In this document: in pieces, positions 8,762-17,835 of the stretch
Layout of the letters: every line of letters begins with the position of its first letter
Position numbering within the stretch: position 1 is the stretch's first letter
NCBI GenBank assembly: GCA_002372695.1
Contig: DFHS01000022.1
Span: 6,284-70,283, forward strand
Length of the DNA: 64,000 bases
Reading direction: 5' to 3'
Origin: Bacteroidales bacterium UBA3717
GTDB taxonomy: Bacteria > Bacteroidota > Bacteroidia > Bacteroidales > Paludibacteraceae
Notes under the pieces: generated by a model
What the model saw: only the letters and a program-made list of their open reading frames with translations
What the model was told of the DNA's origin: nothing
Database searches by the model: none
Program-made: the position numbers and the translations under genes

Positions 8762-10300
8762 ATGTTTAAGAATCAACCCAAAGGATTGTTCGCGTTGGCT
8801 TTAGCCAACACAGGCGAGCGTTTCGGCTACTACACGATGTTAGCCGTCTTTGCGCTTTTCTTGCGCGCTAATTTTGGTCTGTCGGCTTCAGCTGCAGGCG
8901 CAATCTATTCTACGTTCCTGGCGTTCGTATATTTCCTGCCGCTCATCGGCGGTATCGTAGCCGACAAAATCGGTTACGGCAAGTGCGTGACGATAGGTAT
9001 CATCATTATGTTCTTAGGCTATGTGCTTCTGGCGATCCCGATGGGAGGCGTGGAGTACGGTAGCACGGCGGTAGCGATGGCCGGCATGATTGGTGCATTG
9101 GTGCTCATCAGTTTCGGTACCGGTCTGTTCAAGGGCAACTTGCAGGTGATGGTCGGCAACCTCTACGACGACCCGGCTTATGCCGACCGCCGCGATGCTG
9201 CTTTCTCGCTCTTCTACATGGCGATCAACATCGGTGCGATGTTCGCTCCGACAGCCGCTGTGAAGATCATGGCATGGGCACAAGAGAGCCTCGGCACAAG
9301 CGTGAACGACAGTTATCACTTCGCTTTCGCGGTAGCTTGCGCATCGCTGATACTCAGTATTGCCATCTACTATGCTTGCCGTCCTTGGTTCAAGCACGTA
9401 GAGAACACCGCCAAGCAAGCCGCAGCAAGTGGTCAGAAAGTAGAGACGCTCTCGCCGGAGCAGACGAAAAAACGCATCGTGGCATTGTGCCTCGTGTTCG
9501 CCGTAGTACTCTTCTTCTGGATGGCTTTCCACCAGAACGGTCTGACGCTGACGTATTTCGCCAACGAGTTCGTGACGCCGGTAGTGACAGGTGTTCAGAC
9601 GATGGCTTTTGATATCTGGAACTTGGTTCTGGTAGCGATTCTTGTGTACGCGCTGTTTGGTCTTTTCGGCGAGGGCACGAAAAAAGCGAAGATGATCTGG
9701 TCGTGTGTCGGTGTCGCAGTACTGGGTGCGCTGGCATACAAGTACCTCCACCACCCCGCTGAGTTGGGTATCTCCGCGCCGATCTTCCAGCAGTTCAACC
9801 CCTTCTACGTAGTAGCCCTGACGCCGGTTAGTATGGCCATCTTCGGTGCGCTGGCTGCGAAAGGCAAAGAGCCTTCTGCGCCGCGTAAGATCGCGTACGG
9901 AATGTTGGTTGCCGCAGCGGCATATGCAGTAATGGCATTCTGCTCAATCGGTCTCCTGACCCCGGCAGAGCAGGAGTTGGCACGCGTCACAGGCGATGGT
10001 ACATTCGTGAATGCGAATGTGCTGATCTTGACCTATCTGGTACTCACTTTCGGCGAGCTGCTGCTCAGCCCGATGGGTATCTCGTTTGTCAGCAAAGTGG
10101 CACCTCCGCAGTACAAAGGAATGATGATGGGTGGCTGGTTCGTAGCTACCGCATTGGGTAACTTCCTCGTTTCTGTAGGTGGTTTCCTTTGGGGCAGTCT
10201 GCCGTTGTGGCTCGTATGGGGTGTATTCATCGGCGTTTGCCTCATTGCAGCTATCTTTATGTTCGCAATGATGGGTAAATTAGAAGACGCAACAAAGTAA
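8762..10300 (+). CDS. POT/PTR2-family di/tripeptide:H+ symporter (DtpT-like MFS)
   Basis: PTR2 signature GERFGYYTM near the N-terminus. About 14 TM segments. Confidence 0.85.
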   Translation: MFKNQPKGLFALALANTGERFGYYTMLAVFALFLRANFGLSASAAGAIYSTFLAFVYFLPLIGGIVADKIGYGKCVTIGIIIMFLGYVLLAIPMGGVEYGSTAVAMAGMIGALVLISFGTGLFKGNLQVMVGNLYDDPAYADRRDAAFSLFYMAINIGAMFAPTAAVKIMAWAQESLGTSVNDSYHFAFAVACASLILSIAIYYACRPWFKHVENTAKQAAASGQKVETLSPEQTKKRIVALCLVFAVVLFFWMAFHQNGLTLTYFANEFVTPVVTGVQTMAFDIWNLVLVAILVYALFGLFGEGTKKAKMIWSCVGVAVLGALAYKYLHHPAELGISAPIFQQFNPFYVVALTPVSMAIFGALAAKGKEPSAPRKIAYGMLVAAAAYAVMAFCSIGLLTPAEQELARVTGDGTFVNANVLILTYLVLTFGELLLSPMGISFVSKVAPPQYKGMMMGGWFVATALGNFLVSVGGFLWGSLPLWLVWGVFIGVCLIAAIFMFAMMGKLEDATK

Positions 10301-10334
10301 TTTACCATTTGTTCATTTACCATTTGAACATTTA
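10301..10334. repeat. Tandem word array, 15-nt unit x2 (TTACCATTTG, complement of GGTAAAT family)
   Basis: Sequence is tttaccatttgttca tttaccatttgaaca. It fills the whole gap between the stop at 10300 and the ATG at 10337. Confidence 0.9.
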
Positions 10335-10336
10335 TT

Positions 10337-10930
10337 ATGGAAGAAGTAATCAAATATTTTGAGTCCCTCGAAGCGCGGATTGCGGAATACGAAAAACGCA
10401 TCTCCGCGCTGGAAGAGGCTCAGCAGACCAACGAAGCCGTGATCGCTTCGATGGAGGCAGAGATAGAAGAGCTGAAAAGCCGGCCTCTGCCGGAACCGCA
10501 AGTAGTAGAGAAAGTGGTGGAGAAGATCGTGGAGAAACCCATCGAAATACCGGAATCACGTGATTCCGAAATATCGAAGGAGCCCGAACAAGCAAAAGTT
10601 GAGCCGGAACCCGTGGCAGAAGAGCCAGTTCCCGCTCCCGCTATAGCAGAGCCAGCTCCGGTAGTAGAGGAGCAAGCTTCTCCCAAAGCAGCGGTCTATG
10701 GCAAACCGGTGGACGACATCCGTCAGGCGATCTCGTTGGGCGATCGATTCTTGTACCAACGTGAGCTGTTCGGCCAGAACGCCGAATTGATGCAACGCAC
10801 CCTCACGGAGATCAACGAACTTCAGTCCTTCGATGAGGCGATGAGTTATATCAACTCTCGCTTCCAATGGGACACCGAGAGCAATAGTTATCAACAGTTT
10901 GTCGTGAGCCTGCATCGCAGGTTTGGTTAA
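10337..10930 (+). CDS. Hypothetical protein (coiled-coil N-terminus, PE-rich linker, conserved C-terminal domain)
   Basis: Good coding frame that abuts rsmI. No family recognised. Confidence 0.6.
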   Translation: MEEVIKYFESLEARIAEYEKRISALEEAQQTNEAVIASMEAEIEELKSRPLPEPQVVEKVVEKIVEKPIEIPESRDSEISKEPEQAKVEPEPVAEEPVPAPAIAEPAPVVEEQASPKAAVYGKPVDDIRQAISLGDRFLYQRELFGQNAELMQRTLTEINELQSFDEAMSYINSRFQWDTESNSYQQFVVSLHRRFG

Positions 10931-11596
10931 ATGCTGTATATCGTTCCCACACCGGTCGGCAATCTGCAGGACATGACGTTCCGTGCGATTGAGACGCTGA
11001 AATCGGTTGATCTGATTTTGGCGGAAGACACACGCACCAGCGGCGTGTTGCTGCAGCATTTTGATATTCACACGCCCTTAAAGTCGCATCATAAGTTCAA
11101 CGAACATGAGACCTCTGCGGACATCGTGGAGCGGCTAAAGGCGGGTGCGAATATCGCGCTCATCTCCGATGCCGGTACACCGGCTATCAGCGACCCGGGG
11201 TTCTTCTTGACGAGGGCTGCAGCAGAAGCAGGTATCGAAATCCAGACACTTCCCGGTGCAACGGCTTTTGTGCCGGCGTTGGTGGACAGTGGCCTGCCGA
11301 ACAACCATTTCTACTTTGAGGGCTTCCTGCCGCAGAAGAAAGGCCGGCAGACACGTTTGCAGTACTTGGCACAACTCGACCAGACCTTCATCATCTACGA
11401 GTCGCCCTTCCGGCTCGTGAAGACCCTGGAGCAACTATCCCAGGTATGCGGCGAAGAGCGCAAAGCCTCTGTCTCTCGTGAGATCAGCAAGGTCCACGAA
11501 GAGACCGTACGAGGCACCCTCACGGAACTGATAAAGCATTTTCAACAAACACCACCGAAAGGCGAGATAGTAATCTGCGTGGCAGGAAAGGAATAA
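10931..11596 (+). CDS. rsmI: 16S rRNA (cytidine1402-2'-O)-methyltransferase
   Basis: N-terminus MLYIVPTPVGNLQDMTFRAIETLKSVDLILAEDTR is typical of RsmI. Confidence 0.9.
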   Translation: MLYIVPTPVGNLQDMTFRAIETLKSVDLILAEDTRTSGVLLQHFDIHTPLKSHHKFNEHETSADIVERLKAGANIALISDAGTPAISDPGFFLTRAAAEAGIEIQTLPGATAFVPALVDSGLPNNHFYFEGFLPQKKGRQTRLQYLAQLDQTFIIYESPFRLVKTLEQLSQVCGEERKASVSREISKVHEETVRGTLTELIKHFQQTPPKGEIVICVAGKE

Positions 11597-11633
11597 ATCG
11601 TACATGGTAAATGACAAAATGGTAAATAAATCG
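11594..11633. repeat. Tandem word array, 15-nt unit x2 (ATGGTAAAT words)
   Basis: Sequence is taaatcgtacatggtaaatgacaaaatggtaaataaatcg. It creates two extra in-frame ATGs upstream of the likely start at 11634. Confidence 0.9.
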
Positions 11634-13079
11634 ATGAAATCCTTGGCGAAGGACACCGCCATCTATGGTCTGAGTTCGATAATAGGTAAGTTCCTGAACT
11701 ACCTGCTCGTACCGCTGTACACATACGTGCTGGCGCGGACGGACGACTACGGTATCGTCACGAACCTTTACGCTTGGACAGCGCTACTGCTTGTGCTCCT
11801 CACGTATGGCATGGAGACCGGCTTCTTCCGTTTCGCCAACCGCGAGGATTATGACCCGCGGACTGTCTATAAGACCTCGTTCATTACCCTTTTATGCACC
11901 AGCGCATTATTCACTATGCTGGTCATCATCTTCCATCAGCCCTTAGCGAATGTTCTGGGTTATCCCGACCATTCGGAGTTTGTGGAGATGATGTTCGCGA
12001 CGGTAGCTATCGATGCGTTTGCGTGTATCCCCTTTGCGTACTTGCGGTACCAAAAACGACCGATCGTTTTTGCGGCACTCAAGTTGCTGTTTGTGCTACT
12101 GAACATCGGTTTTAACATCCTTTTCTTAGTAGTCTTGGGCAAGAACGATGTGTTCTATGTCTTCCTTAGTAACATCTTAGCGACGACGATCCAGACGCTC
12201 TGCCTCTTGCCGTTCACAATGCCGAAAGGCGGACAGTTCAGCGCACCTGTACTCAAAGAGATGTTGCGCTACTCGCTGCCGTTGCTGGTACTCGGCGTGG
12301 CAGGCATCATGAACCAGACTCTCGACCGCATCCTCTTCCCTTATCTCTACACCGGCGCAGATGCACAAGCGCAACTCGGTATCTACGGCGCATGCTTCAA
12401 GGTGGCGATGGTGATGATGATGTTCACCCAGGCCTTCCGCTATGCGTACGAGCCTTTCGTCTTCGCGAAACATAAAGACCGGCAATCCGTTGAGGCGTAC
12501 GCCGACGCGATGAAGTACTACATCATTTTCTCGTATCTCATCCTGTTAGGTGTGATCTTTTATCTGGACATCTTCCGGTACATCGTCTCGAGTGCTTATT
12601 GGGAGGGGTTAAAGATCGTGCCGGTGGTGCTCTGGACGTATGTCTTCCAAGGCATCTACTTCAACCTCTCGTTCTGGTACAAACTGACGGACGAGACGAA
12701 ATGGGGTGCCTATTTCTCGCTCATCGGCCTGGTGATCACGCTGGTGCTTCAGATTGTCGGCGTGCCGATTATCGGTTATTGGGCATCTTGCGGCAGTAGC
12801 CTCGTCTGCTATTTCGTGATCATGCTCCTCTCCTATTTCATTGGCCAGAAGAAAGCTCCGATACCATACGACCTCAAGACGATTGGCGGTTATACAGCGC
12901 TGACGCTCGGGCTGTTAGGAGTTTATTATGCCTTCCGGCTGTATTATGTGCAAAACATGTGGGCGCTGATGGGTATCGGCACGATACTGATCGGCATCTA
13001 CTTATTTATATTAACCCGTAAAGATTTTCCTATTCAAAATGTTCTCAGGAATCGTAGAAACAATGGCTCAGGTCGTTAA
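11634..13079 (+). CDS. Polysaccharide biosynthesis / oligosaccharide flippase family protein (MOP superfamily, Wzx/MurJ-like)
   Basis: About 14 TM segments and an N-terminus SLAKDTAIYGLSSIIGKFLNYLLVPLYT. The start could also be 11604 or 11619, both inside the word array. Confidence 0.75.
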   Translation: MKSLAKDTAIYGLSSIIGKFLNYLLVPLYTYVLARTDDYGIVTNLYAWTALLLVLLTYGMETGFFRFANREDYDPRTVYKTSFITLLCTSALFTMLVIIFHQPLANVLGYPDHSEFVEMMFATVAIDAFACIPFAYLRYQKRPIVFAALKLLFVLLNIGFNILFLVVLGKNDVFYVFLSNILATTIQTLCLLPFTMPKGGQFSAPVLKEMLRYSLPLLVLGVAGIMNQTLDRILFPYLYTGADAQAQLGIYGACFKVAMVMMMFTQAFRYAYEPFVFAKHKDRQSVEAYADAMKYYIIFSYLILLGVIFYLDIFRYIVSSAYWEGLKIVPVVLWTYVFQGIYFNLSFWYKLTDETKWGAYFSLIGLVITLVLQIVGVPIIGYWASCGSSLVCYFVIMLLSYFIGQKKAPIPYDLKTIGGYTALTLGLLGVYYAFRLYYVQNMWALMGIGTILIGIYLFILTRKDFPIQNVLRNRRNNGSGR

Positions 13080-13695
13080 GATTGAGACCGAGCAAACCAA
13101 TAAACACTTCACGCTTCGCAACCCCTTCGGCGAGCCGCTGTCCATTGACCAGTCAATCGCGCATAACGGCGTGTGCCTCACGGTGGTGAAGACAAATGAC
13201 CAAATGGTAAATGGTGAAATGGTAAATGTATATACCGTCACAGCGATGCAGGAGTCCCTGCGTCTGACGAATCTCGACTTGCTCAAAGTCGGCGACTGGG
13301 TCAACGTAGAGCGTTCGATGCTCATGGGCGGTCGTCTCGATGGACACATCGTGCAGGGCCACGTGGATCAGAAAGCAGTCTGTATAGATGCGCATGAGAC
13401 CGACGGCAGCTGGTACTACCGCTTTGAGTACGAGACCTCCAAAGAGATGGTGGAGCGCGGGTATTTCTGCGTGGACAAAGGATCAGTGACCATCAACGGC
13501 GTCAGCCTGACGGCCTGCGAGCCCGACATCCAAGGCGACAAAGGATACGTGTCGGTTTGCATCATTCCCTATACCGAGGAGAATACGAACTTCAAGTACA
13601 TCGAGGCAGGCACGGTAGTCAACCTCGAGTTTGACATCCTCGGCAAATACATGGCACGCTATCTCTCGCAAATGAATCAATGGCAAAATAAATGA
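13039..13695 (+). CDS. ribE: Riboflavin synthase (alpha chain)
   Basis: MFSGIVE start and two lumazine-binding repeats (NGVCLTV, NGVSLTA). Carries an in-frame word array. Confidence 0.9.
   Translation: MFSGIVETMAQVVKIETEQTNKHFTLRNPFGEPLSIDQSIAHNGVCLTVVKTNDQMVNGEMVNVYTVTAMQESLRLTNLDLLKVGDWVNVERSMLMGGRLDGHIVQGHVDQKAVCIDAHETDGSWYYRFEYETSKEMVERGYFCVDKGSVTINGVSLTACEPDIQGDKGYVSVCIIPYTEENTNFKYIEAGTVVNLEFDILGKYMARYLSQMNQWQNK
13194..13231. repeat. Tandem word array, 15-nt unit x2 (AAATGGTAAATG), in frame inside ribE
   Basis: Sequence is aaatggtaaatggtg aaatggtaaatgtat, encoding DQMVNGEMVNV. Confidence 0.9.
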
Positions 13696-13696
13696 A

Positions 13697-13726
13697 AAAA
13701 TTGTAAATGATAAAATTGTAAATGAA
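13697..13726. repeat. Tandem word array, 15-nt unit x2 (AAAATTGTAAATGA)
   Basis: Fills the gap between the ribE stop (13695) and the next ATG (13730). Confidence 0.9.
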
Positions 13727-13729
13727 TTT

Positions 13730-14314
13730 ATGGACAAAATTAGTTATGCATTAGGCCTCTCAATGGGTCAAAACCTCATGGGCAGCGGCGTAGAGAAACT
13801 GAACTATCAGGACCTCGCAGCCGGTATCGAAGATGTACTGACCCATCAGCAACCCAAGATTAGTTATCAAGAGGCACAACAGGTATTGAACACGTTCTTC
13901 CAGGAGTTGGAGCAGAAAATTGCCGGCGCAGCGAAAGAGGCAGGTGAGAAGTTCCTCGCGGAGAACGCTAAACGCGAAGGCGTCAAAGTGACGGAATCCG
14001 GTCTGCAGTACGAGATCCTCGAGCCGTCGCTCGGTCAGAAACCGAAAGCTACCGACACCGTGCGCGTACATTATGAAGGTACGCTCATCGACGGAACGGT
14101 TTTCGACAGCTCGTACAAACGCGGCGAGTCGATCACTTTCCCGCTGAACGGCGTCATCAAAGGCTGGACAGAAGGACTCCAACTGATGTCCATCGGTTCG
14201 AAGTACAAATTCTTCATCCCCTATCAGCTGGCTTACGGCGAGCGCGGAGCGGGAGCATCCATTCCCCCGTACGCAGCCCTGATCTTCACGGTAGAACTCT
14301 TAGGAATTGAATAA
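13730..14314 (+). CDS. FKBP-type peptidyl-prolyl cis-trans isomerase
   Basis: C-terminal FKBP domain VHYEGTLIDGTVFDSSYKRGESITFPLNGVIKGWTEGLQLM. Confidence 0.9.
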   Translation: MDKISYALGLSMGQNLMGSGVEKLNYQDLAAGIEDVLTHQQPKISYQEAQQVLNTFFQELEQKIAGAAKEAGEKFLAENAKREGVKVTESGLQYEILEPSLGQKPKATDTVRVHYEGTLIDGTVFDSSYKRGESITFPLNGVIKGWTEGLQLMSIGSKYKFFIPYQLAYGERGAGASIPPYAALIFTVELLGIE

Positions 14315-14315
14315 A

Positions 14316-14355
14316 TCCGTAATCACGTAATTACGTAATCCCGAAATAACGAAAA
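14316..14355. repeat. Tandem word array, 8-nt unit x5 (ACGTAAT words, TACGTA core)
   Basis: Sequence is ccgtaat cacgtaat tacgtaat cccgaaat aacgaaaa. It starts 2 nt after the stop at 14314. Confidence 0.9.
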
Positions 14356-14366
14356 AAAATAAAACG

Positions 14367-15611
14367 ATGAGAAAAATCAGTATTTTAATGCTTGCCGTAT
14401 TGGCTATGATCTCCTGCGGCAACAGCTACAAGGCACAAGATGCCGTATTAGAGAACGAAGCTGACTCCGTGAACTATGCGCTGGGTCTGCTCAATGGTCT
14501 GCAGATCAAGAGCCGTTTCCTGGCTAACGACAGCAGCGATGCAGCCGTAGCAGAGTTTATCGACGCCCTCGAGGCTGCTTATCAGGGCAAAGAAGAGACC
14601 CTGAGCGAGATTGAGCAGACAGGTCGTCAGTTCGGTATGTCTGTGAAGATGTTTGAGAAGAACGGTCTGGCAGAGAATAAAGAATGGACGCTGAACGAGC
14701 GTATCTTCCTCCAGGCAGTAGTCAACGCCCTCTACGAGGACACTACCGTTATGCCCGAAGCCGCAGCAGAGAGTTTCCTCATGTCCTGCTACCAGAGCGG
14801 TCGAGCTATGGAGAGCGGTGAGGTTGTTTACTCCAAGTGCCCGAGCAAAGCAAAGACCATCGAACTGGCTTCTGCCATCGACTCGCTCAACTACGCCTTC
14901 GGTCTCATGAATGGTCAGCAGATCCGTATGTACGTCCTCTCCGAAGATACCGTGGGTAACGCAAAAGAGGAGTTCATTAAGAATGTCAACAAGGGCATGA
15001 AGGAAGATGTGCGCAACCCTCAGGTAGTAAATATGGCGAAAAATATCGGTAAGGCTATCCGCGAGCAAGAACCCGTGGGTCTGCTCGGTATCGATGGTCT
15101 GGAGACGAATTTCGAGCTCCTCAAGCAAGGTTTCATCAATGGTCTTTACAATTACACCGATCAGTTAGACGGCGCTGCTGCCAACGCATACGTAGAAGAG
15201 GTCATCAACCGTCTCAAATACGGTGAGACAAAAGCTGCAGGCGAGAAGTTCCTCCAGGAGAACGCACTGCGCGAAGAAGTCAAAGTGACCGAATCCGGTC
15301 TGCAGTACGAAGTACTCGTGCAAGGCAACGGTCCGAAACCGACCGCTGAGCAGACTGTCAAAGTACACTACGAGGGCACCCTCATTGACGGCACTGTCTT
15401 CGATAGTTCCTACCAGCGCGGCGAGCCGATTGAGTTCCCGCTCAATGGTGTTATCAAGGGTTGGACCGAAGGTCTGCAACTCATGCCGAAGGGTTCGAAA
15501 TACAAACTCTACATCCCGTATGAGTTAGGCTATGGTGAGCGTGGCGCAGGACAATCCATTCCTCCGTTTGCAGCGTTGATCTTCACAGTCGAACTACTGG
15601 ATATCAAGTAA
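14367..15611 (+). CDS. FKBP-type peptidyl-prolyl isomerase lipoprotein with duplicated N-terminal domain
   Basis: Signal/lipobox LAMISCG, two FKBP_N-like helical segments, and a C-terminal FKBP domain nearly identical in motif to the upstream gene. Confidence 0.85.
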   Translation: MRKISILMLAVLAMISCGNSYKAQDAVLENEADSVNYALGLLNGLQIKSRFLANDSSDAAVAEFIDALEAAYQGKEETLSEIEQTGRQFGMSVKMFEKNGLAENKEWTLNERIFLQAVVNALYEDTTVMPEAAAESFLMSCYQSGRAMESGEVVYSKCPSKAKTIELASAIDSLNYAFGLMNGQQIRMYVLSEDTVGNAKEEFIKNVNKGMKEDVRNPQVVNMAKNIGKAIREQEPVGLLGIDGLETNFELLKQGFINGLYNYTDQLDGAAANAYVEEVINRLKYGETKAAGEKFLQENALREEVKVTESGLQYEVLVQGNGPKPTAEQTVKVHYEGTLIDGTVFDSSYQRGEPIEFPLNGVIKGWTEGLQLMPKGSKYKLYIPYELGYGERGAGQSIPPFAALIFTVELLDIK

Positions 15612-17104
15612 TGGGAGTTATCGCCAAGCAATCGGTTCGTGGTACGATAGTGACCTATCTGGGCATCGCCGTTGGCGTTGTCACCACGTTCTTCGTGTTA
15701 ACCCGTTTCCTCACGACCGAGGAAATCGGGTTGGCACGAGTGCTTGTCGATGCCGCTTCCCTATTTATCGGTCTGGCGCAGTTAGGCACAAACGCCAGCA
15801 TCATCCGTTTCTACCCGTATTTTAAGGAAAAAGGCAGCAATGAGGACCACGGTTTCTTCTTCTGGGCGCTGGTCGTTCCGATGATTGGATTCATCCTCTT
15901 TGCCGGTATCTACTGGGCATGCAGTGTGCCGTTGGGCGCTTGGTTTGGCGATAAATCGCCACTCTTCGTGGAGTACTACTATTTCGTGCTACCGCTGGCG
16001 TTCTTCATGCTCTATCAAGCGATTTATGAGTGTACGTGCAACGTGTTGATGCACATCGTCGTGCCTCGCGCCGTTAGGGAGTTAGTGGTACGCGTCGGTC
16101 TGCTGGCGCTCTATTTGCTTTATGCCTTCCGCATCCTTTCACTCGATGGTTTTGTGATCGGTCTGTGCGCCAACTACGCGCTGGCTGCGCTCATTAACAT
16201 GGTGTATTTTTTCTCCCTTAAGCCGATTCGGCTCAAGCCCGATTGGGCGTACTTAAAGAGCAATCCGACACTCGTACGCCGCTATCTGATATATACCGGT
16301 TTCCTCTTGCTCTCTGCGGTCACTTCCGTTCTGGCTCCCACGCTCTCCTCGTTCTTCGTAACCGCCAAAATGGGTCTGGACACCACCGGCATCTTCGCTA
16401 TCGCTACCTACATGGCGGTCATGGTCAGTGTGCCGAATCGCTCTGTCTCCTCCATCGCCTCGCCTCAATTAGCGCGCGCCATCAAAGAGGAGAACCGCGA
16501 AGAGTGTTCGATTCTCACACGCCAGGTGACGAGGAACATGCTTCTCATCGGCGGATTTATTCTGCTGGTCATCTGGGTTAATATTGACCTTATTTTCCAT
16601 ATTTTACCTAATGGTACTACCTTTGCACAAGCCAAAAACGTAGTACTCATTCTGGGTGTCAGCCAATTGATTTTGGGGACATTCTCTATTTGTTTTTCTG
16701 CGCTGAACTACTCACGTTACTATGCGTTGAGTCTGATCTTCTCGCTGGTTCTGACCATCAGCGCGCTGCTGCTCAACAACTACCTGGTACCGCGCTATGG
16801 TATGGAAGGCGCAGCACTGAGCAATCTGCTCTCGTACGGTCTCTACTACATCTTGATTATCGCAGCTATTGTACCCTTGGGCGGATTCCATGTAGTGGAT
16901 CGCAAGTGGTGGTACATCGCCTTGCTGTTAACCGGACTCTTTGCCGTCAACGCCTTGTGGAGCATGTATGCACCTCTGCCGAATATATGGCTCGACAGCC
17001 TCCTCCGCAGCCTTGTACTCATCGGCGGCGGACTCTATATCGCTTATAAAGCCCAACTCTCTCCGGAGATAAACGACCAACTGAAGAAATGCGCTATTTT
17101 ATAA
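15611..17104 (+). CDS. Oligosaccharide flippase / polysaccharide biosynthesis family membrane protein
   Basis: About 14 TM segments with MOP-superfamily topology. ATG overlaps the preceding stop (TAATG). Confidence 0.7.
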   Translation: MGVIAKQSVRGTIVTYLGIAVGVVTTFFVLTRFLTTEEIGLARVLVDAASLFIGLAQLGTNASIIRFYPYFKEKGSNEDHGFFFWALVVPMIGFILFAGIYWACSVPLGAWFGDKSPLFVEYYYFVLPLAFFMLYQAIYECTCNVLMHIVVPRAVRELVVRVGLLALYLLYAFRILSLDGFVIGLCANYALAALINMVYFFSLKPIRLKPDWAYLKSNPTLVRRYLIYTGFLLLSAVTSVLAPTLSSFFVTAKMGLDTTGIFAIATYMAVMVSVPNRSVSSIASPQLARAIKEENREECSILTRQVTRNMLLIGGFILLVIWVNIDLIFHILPNGTTFAQAKNVVLILGVSQLILGTFSICFSALNYSRYYALSLIFSLVLTISALLLNNYLVPRYGMEGAALSNLLSYGLYYILIIAAIVPLGGFHVVDRKWWYIALLLTGLFAVNALWSMYAPLPNIWLDSLLRSLVLIGGGLYIAYKAQLSPEINDQLKKCAIL

Positions 17105-17835
17105 CTTTCTCATATAACGGCACAGATTTCCACGGTTCGCAGAGCCAGCCGAACGGAAACACCGTGCAGGCCGAGATGGAGGCTGCTTTTGCTACCATCT
17201 TGCGCCTACCGGTGCCTCTGACTTTTGCCGGACGCACCGATGCCGGTGTACATGCAGAGAAGATGGTAGCGCATTTTGATGTCGGGAAAGCGGTACCGGC
17301 TAACTTCGGAGCGCGGCTCAATAACCTCCTGCCGCTATCCATCGCCGTCAGCGATCTCCGCCCCGTGCGCGACGATGCCCATGCGCGGTTTGACGCCACG
17401 GCGCGTACGTACCGCTACCGCATCACCACACGCAAGGATCCTTTCCTTTATATCACCCACACGCGCGTGGCGCCGGGCTTGGATTTCGAGGCGATGAACC
17501 AAGCAGCAGCGCTGCTGCTCGGCAAACAGGACTTCGCTTCTTTCTGCCGCGTTCACACGGATGTGAAAACCACCATCTGCGATGTAAGCGAAGCGAAATG
17601 GGTACGCGAGTCCGAGACGGAGTATTCATTCGTCATCACCGCCGATCGGTTCCTGCGTAATATGGTTCGTGCGGTGGTGGGCACACTCTTTGAAGTGGGA
17701 CGCGGACACATGCCTCCCGAAGCGATGACGGACGTCATTAACGCGCATCACCGCTCTTCTGCCGGTCATTCGGCTCCCGCGGAAGGATTGTCATTAGTAG
17801 AAATCATTTATCCACAAAATATTTATCAGCCATGA
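17089..17835 (+). CDS. truA: tRNA pseudouridine(38-40) synthase
   Basis: MRYFITFSYNGTDFHGSQ start and the catalytic block AGRTDAGVHA. Confidence 0.9.
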   Translation: MRYFITFSYNGTDFHGSQSQPNGNTVQAEMEAAFATILRLPVPLTFAGRTDAGVHAEKMVAHFDVGKAVPANFGARLNNLLPLSIAVSDLRPVRDDAHARFDATARTYRYRITTRKDPFLYITHTRVAPGLDFEAMNQAAALLLGKQDFASFCRVHTDVKTTICDVSEAKWVRESETEYSFVITADRFLRNMVRAVVGTLFEVGRGHMPPEAMTDVINAHHRSSAGHSAPAEGLSLVEIIYPQNIYQP

